Positions 1 to 10,315 of a stretch of 60,232 nucleotides of DNA are shown here, in pieces. The notes under the pieces were generated by a model that searched no databases, had not been told where the DNA came from, and saw only the letters and a list, made by a program, of their open reading frames with translations. Source of the stretch: a virus (Duplodnaviria; Caudoviricetes); the IMG/VR virus record IMGVR_UViG_3300045921_000410, positions 1-60,232 of that record; one strand, given 5' to 3'. Each line of letters opens with the position of its first letter. The first letter of the stretch is position 1. Both the position numbers and the translations under genes were made by a program.

Positions 1-388
1 TTTTTCTTTATCTATAATTCCAAAGACTTCATTTAAAGCTTGTATTTCTAATTTTTTATTTTGTTCGGCTACAGACTGTACATAATCTTGAAAAGATTGT
101 TTTTCCATTTTTGCCATAACCTCCAAATAATCTTTTCCTTGATCTTTAATCAGTCTTCGTTTCCAATTTTTTCTATGAATGTCATTCAATTTAGTTTCAT
201 AACTAACAATTTTTTGAACTGTTTCTAAACTAGGAACATTACCAAGTAAATAAAATAAAAACGTTCTTTGTTCTAAAGGTATATTGTCTCTATTTATTCC
301 TTGAGGCAATATACCCAAATATTTCATTAATACTCCATCAATAAGATATTTACTTTTCCTCGCTTCTTTCAGTATGTTTATTTTTTTT
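1..388 (-). CDS. Tail assembly chaperone C-terminal extension (frameshift product), 3' end outside window
   Basis: The +1 frame relative to the chaperone is open from the A9 run (381-389) to position 1: KKINILKEARKSKYLIDGVLMKYLGILPQG...; first in-frame ATG is at 327; lies between tube/chaperone and the expected tape measure gene. Confidence 0.65.
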
Positions 389-760
389 TAATCCTTCTTT
401 AAAGGAAGTAGACCAAAGATAAATTTGATTATAAAGGTAACTTAATAAATCACCATCCACACACTCTACAATATCAAACCAATCTGGAAAACCCACCAAA
501 CCGAATTCTAATGTCGCTTGTCTTTCAATCCACTCATTCGTACTTGCGTCTATAGAATCAAAAGGAACACCACCCCGCAAAATTGCTGTTCTTCTACCAA
601 TTTGAATTAAATCGCTTGGTAGAATTGCTTTGATCTGAAATTCCCATTCGTTACCGTCTTCATCTTTTATATTAATAGATTTTATTCGATCTTTTTCTGT
701 CCATAAAGCGGAACCAATTTTGAAAACTGGTTCCTTTACTTCTTTTGATTTTTTTGCCAT
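350..760 (-). CDS. Tail assembly chaperone
   Basis: Directly after tail tube; start re-called to MAKKSKE (ATG 760) because AGGAG lies upstream. Confidence 0.7.
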   Translation of the reverse strand: MAKKSKEVKEPVFKIGSALWTEKDRIKSINIKDEDGNEWEFQIKAILPSDLIQIGRRTAILRGGVPFDSIDASTNEWIERQATLEFGLVGFPDWFDIVECVDGDLLSYLYNQIYLWSTSFKEGLKKNKHTERSEEK

Positions 761-801
761 TTGGTTCTTTCTCCTATTTTGAAAGTCGTTCCAATTTAAT
801 T

Positions 802-1263
802 TTAACTTGTTTCTAATCCGGGAATAACTCTTGAAACTCGCCAAGATACTTGTTTTGTATTTAATCCTCTTGCCGGAAACGCCGTATCAATTGTACTATT
901 TTTACACGACAAACAAGTCAAAAGAATATCCAAAGTACCTAAATCGGCAAAAGCAAAATCAAAAGCACCCGCCGTATTTAAGTTAAATGATCCGTCTGGT
1001 TGCCACCCAGTAGTATATAAAGCACCGGGTTCATTTCTAGCTCTAAGCAAGTAAGTACCGACATTCATATTTGCCGTATATCCCATTGACTTAAAGAATC
1101 GGTCTCCATAAAATCCTAGAGTTCTAATACCTTCCAATTCGTAATCTTCTTGAACATTTGCCTCACTCGCAAATCCTACTATACGCCCATCTTGTGTAAT
1201 TATAGAGTCAAGTCCCGCACCAACTACACCCTCCGAGGCTCCTGCTAATCCTGTGAATACCAT
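802..1263 (-). CDS. Tail tube protein
   Basis: 153 aa after the sheath; GRIVGFASE...YELEGIRTLG resembles SPO1/Twort-type tube proteins. Confidence 0.8.
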   Translation of the reverse strand: MVFTGLAGASEGVVGAGLDSIITQDGRIVGFASEANVQEDYELEGIRTLGFYGDRFFKSMGYTANMNVGTYLLRARNEPGALYTTGWQPDGSFNLNTAGAFDFAFADLGTLDILLTCLSCKNSTIDTAFPARGLNTKQVSWRVSRVIPGLETS

Positions 1264-1282
1264 ATTTTTTACCTTCCCTTTT

Positions 1283-3028
1283 TTAAACTGTTATTGCTTG
1301 ATCGAAACCGTTCAGTACAAACTTTTGAGTCACAAAAGCATAATGTAACGGGGCTGGGACGATTCCTGTAAATTCAAATTGCCAAGAATCACCAACTAAC
1401 GAAAACTGAACATCTTGAAATCTTATTAATAGTCCTTCATTTATATAAGAAGGTAACAAAACAGTTATTGACCAGTTTTGAAATTCTTTAATTACAGACT
1501 GTGTCGGGGCAGAAGTTAGATTTTTCATTCTACTATCTATTCGACGAATAGAGTCCAACGATATAAAATCAACTGTTCGCATAACTGACGGCAATTGTAA
1601 AATTGGATTCTCTGCCTGGGAAGTAGTTATGTTATGTCCGATTTCAAAACCATTTTCCGATGGTTTAAAATATGATACTCCCGCTTGAATTAATTGCTCT
1701 TCTTGTGAGACACTATACAACTCTCCAACTCCTTGAATATTTGCACTTTTTCCAGTAGCCGATATTGTAATACTGTTTCCAAATCTAATACCTGCTCCAA
1801 TAAACGCCCCATAAAAAGGATCAAATATTCTAGTTCTATTTTGATCTAACGGATCTTCTCTTAGAATAGGAGTACCAAAATATTCAATTCTTGCATTATT
1901 TAAAAGTCTTGCTCTTGTCAATTTTGTAGAGAAGTTATCTCCAAGTAAAGCACCCGAACCACCTTGTCTATTTTTTCTGTTTTTTGTAGCACTATTAACA
2001 GAAACATGGTTTGATAGAATAGATTGTACGGTTGGATCACCACTAGCAAGCAAAACATAATTAATATTGAATTTATCTGCTAAAGTAAAAGCATCAATCC
2101 AATTTTGTGTGTTTGCTACCGATGAGGTTCCACCAGTAAAGGAAATAAATCCAGAATCATTATTTAGTGTTCCAGTTCGTACAGATTCGGAAACTATAGA
2201 CGCTTCCACTTCATTTCCCGCAACGCCATTAATACGATCTATTACTGCTTGAATCGTACCAAAAAGAGATTGCTCAGTGAAAATATCTAAGTTAGTAACG
2301 CCATCTAATGTTAAGGGATTTTTAAAAGAGAAAGAAACCGCCTCCGCCTCATAAGCTGGGAATTCATTAATCTTAGCCACTAAATCCGAAATGGTTTGAT
2401 ATTCACTTAAATTTAAACTAATTGCATCCGACGTGACTGTTCCAATAACAGTTGATAAAACACCATTGGAAATAGAAAGTTCTGCCGAACTTCCAGAACC
2501 GACATAAGCAATTTTTAAATATTCGTAAGTTATATTGTCTTCTTCCATGATTGTTTGTCCACGGAACTTAATAGTAACTTTTTTTCCAATAACAGAACCG
2601 GTTTCAACTTTCTTAGCAATTTGATTTCCTAGAGTTCCATACCTAACAGATTTTAGATCAATACAAGGCACGTTGCTAGAATTTTGAATTTCACTACTTG
2701 ATTTTGTAGCATTATTTGCTCGAATATAAATAAGCTGAGTAGGTGGGGAAATGTTTGGATCGTTAGACGGAGTTAAATAAAAATAAGAACCGTACATTCC
2801 GTTTCCATTAACCAATTTGTCAATTACGTCACGAGTATTTGTGAAAAAATTTAATTTTTCTGAATCACTCACGTTTGCATTAACCGGTACCCCACCACCA
2901 GACTCCCCTATGATAGCTACAATGTTAGCCGATGCTCTACCAGAACCCGGAGCTGGTGGAAACTGTTGATTTACGTAGGTGCCTGGAATATAAATGTCCA
3001 AGGCACCAAATTTTCTAGCTGTTGCCAT
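1283..3028 (-). CDS. Contractile tail sheath protein
   Basis: 581 aa; N-terminal YIPGTY and IVAIIGESGGGVP typical of Twort/SPO1-like sheaths; synteny. Confidence 0.88.
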   Translation of the reverse strand: MATARKFGALDIYIPGTYVNQQFPPAPGSGRASANIVAIIGESGGGVPVNANVSDSEKLNFFTNTRDVIDKLVNGNGMYGSYFYLTPSNDPNISPPTQLIYIRANNATKSSSEIQNSSNVPCIDLKSVRYGTLGNQIAKKVETGSVIGKKVTIKFRGQTIMEEDNITYEYLKIAYVGSGSSAELSISNGVLSTVIGTVTSDAISLNLSEYQTISDLVAKINEFPAYEAEAVSFSFKNPLTLDGVTNLDIFTEQSLFGTIQAVIDRINGVAGNEVEASIVSESVRTGTLNNDSGFISFTGGTSSVANTQNWIDAFTLADKFNINYVLLASGDPTVQSILSNHVSVNSATKNRKNRQGGSGALLGDNFSTKLTRARLLNNARIEYFGTPILREDPLDQNRTRIFDPFYGAFIGAGIRFGNSITISATGKSANIQGVGELYSVSQEEQLIQAGVSYFKPSENGFEIGHNITTSQAENPILQLPSVMRTVDFISLDSIRRIDSRMKNLTSAPTQSVIKEFQNWSITVLLPSYINEGLLIRFQDVQFSLVGDSWQFEFTGIVPAPLHYAFVTQKFVLNGFDQAITV

Positions 3029-3029
3029 T

Positions 3030-3368
3030 TTATTGACCGCCTTTCATAATTTTTGATTTAGTTTTTGATTTTAAATAATCGGGCAATGTTTTAGAAGGGG
3101 GACTTTCTTTAAAAAAATCAAACCTTGCCTTCCAGGTTTCCTCGGAAACCCTGTCATTTATCTTATTTTCTTTACAATATGATTTAAATGCAACTTCTAA
3201 ATAATTTCCATCACTTCTAATTCCTGAAAAATTTGCAATAAATTCTAATAAAGAAATATGTTTTTCATTATGTTTTTCATTATGTTTTTCATTATGTTTT
3301 TCATTATGTTTTTCATTATGTTTTTCATCTGGTTTTTCATCCAGTTTTTGATCTAGTTTTTTACTCAT
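3030..3368 (-). CDS. Small protein upstream of sheath with (HNEK)n repeat
   Basis: Start re-called to MSKKLDQK (GGAG upstream); low-complexity repeat at N terminus. Confidence 0.6.
   Translation of the reverse strand: MSKKLDQKLDEKPDEKHNEKHNEKHNEKHNEKHNEKHISLLEFIANFSGIRSDGNYLEVAFKSYCKENKINDRVSEETWKARFDFFKESPPSKTLPDYLKSKTKSKIMKGGQ
3258..3353. repeat. 12-bp tandem repeat ATGTTTTTCATT, 5 perfect plus 3 degenerate copies
   Basis: Read directly; encodes the HNEK/PDEK/LDEK units. Confidence 0.9.
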
Positions 3369-4161
3369 CTTCTTTACTCCATACTCTATAAGGTTCAAAG
3401 TTCTCATCTCCGAATTTTAAAAAATTTGGAAACGATTCTAAATTATAACTTTTTAAAGGTTTTTCTTTAAATAAAGTATAATTCGTAATAGTATTAATAC
3501 CAGTAAGTTCTAGTTCAGAACCAAAAATCATTCTACCAAAATTAGAATTTGTGATACCTGTATCTGTATTAATTTGTGGGTTTCTAAATCCTTGTTTTAT
3601 TAACTCTTGTTTTAATCCAAATAAAGTGGATTCCATAATTTGAGTTAAAACTATTCTTTCGTCAATACTCAAACACCAAACAGATATATAATAAGTTACA
3701 TCTTGCATGACTTGTTGTCGCATTAAAATCGCCTCACCACCTATGGACTCTGTAATTGCTAACATATTGTCCACTTGCTGATTAGTTATTAACAAGCCTT
3801 TATCAATTCGATCTTTCATTGATCCCATACTGTTTTTAAAGTTTTGAATATCACTTGTTTTTAATATTGAATAATCTTTGATTCCTTGACCTATAGAAGT
3901 TTCTTTTTCTCTGTGACTTGCGTCTGTCACCGAAATTCTGGGAAACATTCCATTTATATCCGGTAAGTTTGCACCCGAACTAAAAAGAATAGCTCCGGCA
4001 AGAACCATCAGCGGATGATCTAAAGTCACTTGAATCTTTATAGTTCTATTATTTAGTATTTGTCCAACGTCATCTAATTTGTATTGATTTAGTTCCGCTT
4101 GTAACAAATTTACTATTTGTTTCTGAGTGACTCCATAATGTGAATAACTGACTCGATTCAT
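3361..4161 (-). CDS. Putative tail completion/terminator protein
   Basis: Position between neck genes and sheath; FPRISV motif. Confidence 0.5.
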   Translation of the reverse strand: MNRVSYSHYGVTQKQIVNLLQAELNQYKLDDVGQILNNRTIKIQVTLDHPLMVLAGAILFSSGANLPDINGMFPRISVTDASHREKETSIGQGIKDYSILKTSDIQNFKNSMGSMKDRIDKGLLITNQQVDNMLAITESIGGEAILMRQQVMQDVTYYISVWCLSIDERIVLTQIMESTLFGLKQELIKQGFRNPQINTDTGITNSNFGRMIFGSELELTGINTITNYTLFKEKPLKSYNLESFPNFLKFGDENFEPYRVWSKEDE

Positions 4162-4901
4162 TTGATTTCCCTTTTTAAAATTTCTGCATATGCTTCTACA
4201 AAAGTATCTAATAATATTTTCATAGAATCTTTTAAGTGTTCTTCTACTTTTTTAAATATTGGAGTTTTATTAAATCCAGGGTGTTTCCAACCTTTAGACT
4301 TTTCGCTTACTGTTACGAAATTTATATAATTGTTATCTTTAAACACAGTCGGAATAGCTTTTACATTTGCTAGATTTAAATTTCCGGCAACTACTTTTTG
4401 TTGGGAGGATAAATTTTGACCAGTTTTTAAAGCTCTATAAATATCTTGAGGCAATTCATTTGTAAAACTGGAATGAACTTTTCCATCTCCTCTTTTAACG
4501 GGCGTTCTAGCTCGCATCGGAACACTTACAAACAATGTTCCATGCTCTGCTAAGTTTCTTTTTGCAACTTTGCCTTTTAATAAAGCGTCTTTTATAGACC
4601 AACTTTTAGAACCGTTTTCTACTAAATTATAAAATAAATCTGCCTCATTTTCTATAAATATACTACCGGTATCGTTTACATTTTTTAAATATCTTCGATC
4701 TACTAACTTTGCGTATCTTTCTCCGAAAGGTGATTCTCCTATTGCCGACATAACCCAAAACTTATATGTATTGTCTATAACCGCATTGACTGAATTTACA
4801 AGTTTATCCGGAATTTGATCTTTTAGTCTATTGTACAAAGCGTCCAATAATTTTTGATCTAAGTTAGGATCATCAATGTCAAATAAACTTAAATTTTTCA
4901 T
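4158..4901 (-). CDS. Putative neck/virion protein
   Basis: Synteny; VENG...IK..LL and F.TVSEKS.GW.HPG motifs seen in Twort-like neck proteins. Confidence 0.55.
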   Translation of the reverse strand: MKNLSLFDIDDPNLDQKLLDALYNRLKDQIPDKLVNSVNAVIDNTYKFWVMSAIGESPFGERYAKLVDRRYLKNVNDTGSIFIENEADLFYNLVENGSKSWSIKDALLKGKVAKRNLAEHGTLFVSVPMRARTPVKRGDGKVHSSFTNELPQDIYRALKTGQNLSSQQKVVAGNLNLANVKAIPTVFKDNNYINFVTVSEKSKGWKHPGFNKTPIFKKVEEHLKDSMKILLDTFVEAYAEILKREIK

Positions 4902-6166
4902 TCATCAATTCCTAACATCTGAAATTGTAAATTTTCTTTCATACTCTGGGAAAGTTCAAAGAAAGTGGGTTCTGTTTTATTTTTAATATTTTGGTAAGAA
5001 ACCCGATTAAATTTTGAAAATATATGAGCATAAAACCCTTTTGGAAAAACTTTATTTTGTAAAGCATTTGGAGAAGGCTGTTGCCTGAAAATAATATATG
5101 TAGGATTGTAAGCATATCTAACTGTATATGCTTCGCCAATGTTAGGTGAATTTTCATGCCAAACAATATTTCTATAATTTTGTAAATGAAAATCAATATC
5201 TTTTTTATATATTTGACCGGACGCACTAATAATATCATCGACTACTCTTGTTACATCGAACTCCCATAAAGAGTCAATTCCGGTTTCCGATCTTGCAATG
5301 ACTTGATTTTTAAAATATTCTGTGATGGATAAAGTTATTAAATCTCCCTCTGCGATTTCCCAGTAACCATCGATTGAAAAAAATACAGTACCCATAGGTA
5401 AATCTTGTCCAATTTTATCTTTTTCATTAGAAGATTCTAAATCTCTATGTAATACTTTAACAACTGGGGCGAAATAATAATCTACGGAAAGGAAACCGGG
5501 TTGCAAATTGGTGGGAGGCTGAACTAATTCAATAAAATTTTTGTAAAAGGTTTTTACCTCATAAACGTTATTTGTATTTTCAGTTTCATATACTTTAACA
5601 ATTTTTGTTATATCTCCTTTTGCTTTGATTGAATTAGAAGTGTTATATGAATCATTTGCGGTAAGTTTTGATACCGTTAAAATATTAGTATTTGGAATTA
5701 CATCAGTTATATCATTTTCTACAAATTCATATCGGTCTACTATATATGATCCCCGAATTCTATCTTCGTCTCTTAATTCGCCTTCAACTGTTATACTGTT
5801 TGAATCAAAATCTAAAATTTTTAAATCTACTATACCAAACTGAGATTTCCCAGAAAGAAGTTGGAATTTAATCGGTTTAAGCATCGGAACATAATAAACA
5901 TAAGCTTTGTTACTATAATTTTCTAAGACTACGCAACGATCGTCTGTGATGGTTATTTCTCTTTGATAGTCATACAATAATCCTTCTCCAAAACACAGTT
6001 GACAATATAAATCCGGAGTTCCTTTATTTGCACCCACGCATGGACAAGTTTTAGAACGCATAATTCTAGCAAACGTACCTTGATTATTTATTAACTGGGC
6101 AAACCTTTGAGGATTTACTTTTGGTTTGATTGGAAAGTTATTTCTACCTTGGTTTTGATCTTTCAT
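4898..6166 (-). CDS. Putative head closure/neck protein
   Basis: CPC...CQLCFGEG zinc-type motif of SPO1/Twort-like neck proteins; synteny. Confidence 0.6.
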   Translation of the reverse strand: MKDQNQGRNNFPIKPKVNPQRFAQLINNQGTFARIMRSKTCPCVGANKGTPDLYCQLCFGEGLLYDYQREITITDDRCVVLENYSNKAYVYYVPMLKPIKFQLLSGKSQFGIVDLKILDFDSNSITVEGELRDEDRIRGSYIVDRYEFVENDITDVIPNTNILTVSKLTANDSYNTSNSIKAKGDITKIVKVYETENTNNVYEVKTFYKNFIELVQPPTNLQPGFLSVDYYFAPVVKVLHRDLESSNEKDKIGQDLPMGTVFFSIDGYWEIAEGDLITLSITEYFKNQVIARSETGIDSLWEFDVTRVVDDIISASGQIYKKDIDFHLQNYRNIVWHENSPNIGEAYTVRYAYNPTYIIFRQQPSPNALQNKVFPKGFYAHIFSKFNRVSYQNIKNKTEPTFFELSQSMKENLQFQMLGIDE

Positions 6167-6672
6167 ATTTTTTTATTATCCAACCAAATTGATCCCTCTG
6201 GAAATAATTGATTATATGCCTGCTCACCTAGAATTTTTTTTGCTCGATTAGAATCAGCTCTGGTCACTCCGTCAATATCAAAATTGTAAATTTGATTTTT
6301 ATGATTTTCTATAAGCTTTTCCATTTCTTTGATATATGGAACAAAATGTTCTTTATTAGGTAACTTATTAATTTCTTCTATTTGTCTCTCTGCATGTTCA
6401 ATGACCATTTGATTCTGATGATTTATTAATTTTTGATAGTAACTCTCTATATTTTTCTTACTCGCCAATTCTTGTGGAACGAATTTATTTTCTTTGATTG
6501 ATTCTTGTATTTTATTTATTATTTGCCCCGGTGCCAAAATAACTTCCGATCCATGTTTCCAAAAAGAAGTTACATTTAATGGTAAATTATATTTTTTTTG
6601 TTCTTCTACTGTTTCGCACTGACAAAAAATATAAGGTTTATCATTTATTGTTCCAACAATTTGTTCAATCAT
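6163..6672 (-). CDS. Hypothetical protein
   Basis: 169-aa ORF translationally coupled to neighbours. Confidence 0.6.
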   Translation of the reverse strand: MIEQIVGTINDKPYIFCQCETVEEQKKYNLPLNVTSFWKHGSEVILAPGQIINKIQESIKENKFVPQELASKKNIESYYQKLINHQNQMVIEHAERQIEEINKLPNKEHFVPYIKEMEKLIENHKNQIYNFDIDGVTRADSNRAKKILGEQAYNQLFPEGSIWLDNKKI

Positions 6673-7712
6673 AAAATACCTATAACAACTCTATCATATT
6701 TTGGTGCATCTAATTTCATAAAGTTTTTAAGCATTCCTTCCCACTGTTTAATTCTAGCCCCAAATGTCGCACTGGTTGCGGACAAAGTAGTTCCAAAGGA
6801 TTCTGAGATAGAATTTAAGTTTGCACTGGAACTAGCTATAGGACCAAGAATACCATCACCAACATCATCTAATAAGTAAATCCCGGCTATAATCCTAATA
6901 ATATTTATTAAATCTTTTGGAACTTGATCTGCAAATAAATAACCGGACATATAGTCTGCAAATATCGCTTGTGGGAAATCTTTAAAAGGATATTTAAATT
7001 GATATATCTGAGGAGTTCTACCACCAAGCACAAACAAACTACTTGTAAGCTGAGAAGGAAAAAAATTAGAATAACCATTTAAACCTAAAAAATCTTGTCG
7101 AAATGGAAAAATATTAACTAATCCTGTTTGGATCGGATCTAGTATTTGAGCGGAAAAAATTTGAATTGTCGGTCTACCACGCCAAAGAGTAAATAAATAT
7201 TGTTTTGAGTTTGCCTCTCTGTAGGGATAACCCGGTTCCCTAACTACACGAGTATTTTTTTGATACTGATTCATTTGATCTAAATACTGTTGTAGTTTGA
7301 TTGGAATCGTTCCAGTTAAATAAGTATCGGATTTAATGTATTGTCCGTTTTCATCTTTTGGAGGTGGTTGCCTTTCTATAGACTCTCCTGTGTTTGGATT
7401 AATAGGATCAGCGTACAATCTGATTTTTGGTAAAATATCTATATTTAATGACCGTTCTACGATACCAATAGCGTTATCTATAAAATACCATAAATTCTCA
7501 TCGGTCATTGTAGTGTTATCAACACTTGCTGTAAAATCATTACCAAAACCTACGTTATATCTTAAATCATCTGGGGTGAGAGGACATCCAAAATCTGGAA
7601 AATACCTATTATGCCAATCAGGTCTATTTGTTGGTGATGTGGGATTGTCAAAATAGTATCCCGTTCGACCGTTTAATTTAGATGATCTATTTAATAATGG
7701 ATTTATTTCCAT
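6669..7712 (-). CDS. Putative head-tail adaptor (neck) protein
   Basis: WYFIDNAIGIVERSLNIDI and C-terminal S.S..SISES..T..SA..A.FGARI pattern; position after capsid genes. Confidence 0.6.
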   Translation of the reverse strand: MEINPLLNRSSKLNGRTGYYFDNPTSPTNRPDWHNRYFPDFGCPLTPDDLRYNVGFGNDFTASVDNTTMTDENLWYFIDNAIGIVERSLNIDILPKIRLYADPINPNTGESIERQPPPKDENGQYIKSDTYLTGTIPIKLQQYLDQMNQYQKNTRVVREPGYPYREANSKQYLFTLWRGRPTIQIFSAQILDPIQTGLVNIFPFRQDFLGLNGYSNFFPSQLTSSLFVLGGRTPQIYQFKYPFKDFPQAIFADYMSGYLFADQVPKDLINIIRIIAGIYLLDDVGDGILGPIASSSANLNSISESFGTTLSATSATFGARIKQWEGMLKNFMKLDAPKYDRVVIGIL

Positions 7713-7727
7713 ATTTACCTTTTAAGA

Positions 7728-7747
7728 AAGAGGGGTTTCCCCCTCTT
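7728..7747 (-). terminator. Intrinsic terminator after capsid operon
   Basis: AAGAGGGG-GAAA-CCCCTCTT followed by TCTT on the minus strand. Confidence 0.7.
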
Positions 7748-8129
7748 AGAAAAACCCATACCAAAAAGTAAGGGGATTTGTTACTGCTCCGACACTTTTA
7801 ACTGTTGGAAGAGTAAAGCTTCCAAAGACAATCAAAGCACTATCAATTTGTAACGGAACTGAATTGCCACCGTGTGCAAATTCTAAAGTTCCATTTCCCG
7901 ATTCGATCCAAATAACAAAACCTTTAATAGGTGAAACTCCGTTTGTATCTAAAGCAACCGGGTTTCCCGAATTATCGCCATCTAGTATTTTTCTTTTTGT
8001 TAAACCCGAAAAACTGTCCAAGCCTGTAACAGACTTGAACATTTGATTTAATTGTTTCGAAAATACTACTGTATTATTATCTTGATCGGATATTACAATT
8101 TGACCGTTTACTTCCGATTTTAAAGCCAT
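7746..8129 (-). CDS. Putative virion (decoration) protein
   Basis: Beta-rich 127 aa in the capsid operon. Confidence 0.45.
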   Translation of the reverse strand: MALKSEVNGQIVISDQDNNTVVFSKQLNQMFKSVTGLDSFSGLTKRKILDGDNSGNPVALDTNGVSPIKGFVIWIESGNGTLEFAHGGNSVPLQIDSALIVFGSFTLPTVKSVGAVTNPLTFWYGFF

Positions 8130-8138
8130 GACTTTACC

Positions 8139-8423
8139 TTACCAAACCAAAAGCGTCAAATTGACATCATTGACATCGCATCGAATAGAAATTGTTGAAT
8201 CAGTCCATTCTTGTGAACCATCATAAACAACCCCATTTTTGTCTTTTCTTACTACCAAATATCCTCTGGGAATATATCCGAGATCATGCGATATTGAAAC
8301 ATCTTCGTCTTGTACTGCAGTTTCTACAGTATAGTAACGTCCCTCTGTGATACCCACAAATTTTGATTTAGTTTCGTTTTCCAAAACTCGCTCTGTATTA
8401 AATGCTTTATCTGCTGTACTCAT
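8139..8423 (-). CDS. Putative virion protein
   Basis: SHDLGYIP motif (H-x-L-G-x-x-P, typical of fibre/decoration beta domains). Confidence 0.45.
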   Translation of the reverse strand: MSTADKAFNTERVLENETKSKFVGITEGRYYTVETAVQDEDVSISHDLGYIPRGYLVVRKDKNGVVYDGSQEWTDSTISIRCDVNDVNLTLLVW

Positions 8424-8797
8424 TGTACTGTTACTCCTTGATCCATATCATATCCAACCTCAATAAAAAACCCTTTTGCAATAACGCCATTCCCGCTAAA
8501 CCTTACCCCGCCTTCGATTCTAATTGGAGAGAATCCATACTCAATTAAAGTATTTGCGGGAATGTTTGAAATAATTGGTGTATTGTCACCATCCAAAATA
8601 TTCCCGATATTCGTTGCAAAATAAGATTCTAAAAAAACAATAATCCTACTATTTGCACTTGTTAGATTTCCTGGGAAACTTGGTGCATTTCCAGAAACCA
8701 CAAATTGATTATTTACCTTAGCGGTCTCTAAGTCCCTCTTAGATAAAGAGGGACTCATTGAATACTTAGGTAATCCGTTTGCTCTACCTATTGCCAT
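8420..8797 (-). CDS. Putative virion (decoration) protein
   Basis: Immediately downstream of the major capsid gene. Confidence 0.45.
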   Translation of the reverse strand: MAIGRANGLPKYSMSPSLSKRDLETAKVNNQFVVSGNAPSFPGNLTSANSRIIVFLESYFATNIGNILDGDNTPIISNIPANTLIEYGFSPIRIEGGVRFSGNGVIAKGFFIEVGYDMDQGVTVQ

Positions 8798-8798
8798 G

Positions 8799-10310
8799 TT
8801 ATACGTTTAACAGAGGTGAGGTAGATCGAACACCCACCGGAACATTTTCGATAAGTACGAAACGCAACGGTGCATAATACTGTGGAACACAGTATAGGTT
8901 CATGACTCCCCAACGATACATACCAATCTTTGCAAATTCTTGCGAAAATACTGGTGCAAGTCTTTTAAGCAAGAAAGTTCTTTCCGTACCAGTAGAAGTT
9001 AAATCCAAAATAAAATAACAGGTGGTGCCTGGAATTTTTTGGTTTACATCTCTAAAAGTAACCGGGGCTAATCCATTGGAAGCAACCGAACCAGTGTAAA
9101 GATATACGCCTGTTCCAGGTTGTGCTTCGGAAAACACTTCGAAACATGTCGCTGGATATGCAGAATTTGGATTTGGTGTAATAACAATATCCAAAGCACC
9201 ACCGGAAACTACTGTCTCTGCGTTACTTGCGGAAGTAGCTAAAGAAGTTCCAAATTGATTCTTAGCTTGTACTCTATATCGATAAGCACCCGCAACTCGA
9301 CCACCAGAACCAGAGGTAGACCATTTACTTCCCGCTACCGGAGATGAAATAGGAGTTACACTCGTTAGTACAGGTGTTAGCGGAGCACGAACTGAGGTAG
9401 CACCTTCAACTAATGTTTGTGGGTTAGAAGGATTAGGAACTCTTGATACAGTTTTTGCTTCATACTCGGAACCAATGTAAATATCACTCACTAGTTCAAG
9501 AGTACCAAAAGCTGTATGAATATCTTTTACTTTTGTTCCAATAGAGATACTACCATCGGCACCAATTTGTCCTTGGGAAATTCTTTGAGTAGTATTCTGT
9601 CCATTATTTTTCATAATGTTATTGATTGTATTTAATCCAGCTGGGGAAGTGAACAATTTAGCGTTTGGATTTCCAAAGTTGTCCATAATCAACTGACCAG
9701 CGTTATCAAAAACATCTTGAGTAGGAATAGCTCCTCGCATATCAATAACATGAGCGGATGAACCATTTGTTCTAATCGCATATTCAAACCCGTCAATTTC
9801 AGTTGGAATCAAAAGAGAATTCCCGCTGTATAAAGATCGGTTTGCTTGTCGGATCAATCTTTGAATAGAACTTTGCTTTGCCCATGTTTCGATAGGTGTT
9901 ATACTATTGACCATTCCGGCTACATCGGAAAACTTCCACTGTTGCCGTAAAAATTTCATTACGCCGAATTTTCTTTGAGCATTTGGATCAGACTCTTCCG
10001 GAGTTTCCATTTGTCCTACCCAACCACCTTGTTGTCCATATCCGGTTTGGACTGAGTATTCTTCTAGCGTACTTGTTGCACTACCTTTTGGAACATTTTT
10101 CCAAAGAGAAGCGTGAGATTCCTGAGCTGTCAATAGAACAAGACTATCTTCTAAAGACTGCGGTTGTAAAGCTGTCGCACTGTTATAGGTGGAAATATCT
10201 GTCGATTGTCCCGCCGTAACTTCCAAGGCTTTAAGAAGTTGTTGAACTTCTTTATCTGTACTTATCCCAAAACCATTATATAGGTCTGGATTGAACTGAG
10301 AAATATCCAT
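8799..10310 (-). CDS. Major capsid protein, SPO1/Twort-like
   Basis: ALQPQSLEDSL..LT...LWKNVPK..ATSTLEEY; FN3-like insertion (YRYRVQAKNQFGTS); LLKA at residues 25-28 as probable maturation site. Confidence 0.92.
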   Translation of the reverse strand: MDISQFNPDLYNGFGISTDKEVQQLLKALEVTAGQSTDISTYNSATALQPQSLEDSLVLLTAQESHASLWKNVPKGSATSTLEEYSVQTGYGQQGGWVGQMETPEESDPNAQRKFGVMKFLRQQWKFSDVAGMVNSITPIETWAKQSSIQRLIRQANRSLYSGNSLLIPTEIDGFEYAIRTNGSSAHVIDMRGAIPTQDVFDNAGQLIMDNFGNPNAKLFTSPAGLNTINNIMKNNGQNTTQRISQGQIGADGSISIGTKVKDIHTAFGTLELVSDIYIGSEYEAKTVSRVPNPSNPQTLVEGATSVRAPLTPVLTSVTPISSPVAGSKWSTSGSGGRVAGAYRYRVQAKNQFGTSLATSASNAETVVSGGALDIVITPNPNSAYPATCFEVFSEAQPGTGVYLYTGSVASNGLAPVTFRDVNQKIPGTTCYFILDLTSTGTERTFLLKRLAPVFSQEFAKIGMYRWGVMNLYCVPQYYAPLRFVLIENVPVGVRSTSPLLNV

Positions 10311-10315
10311 TTCGT

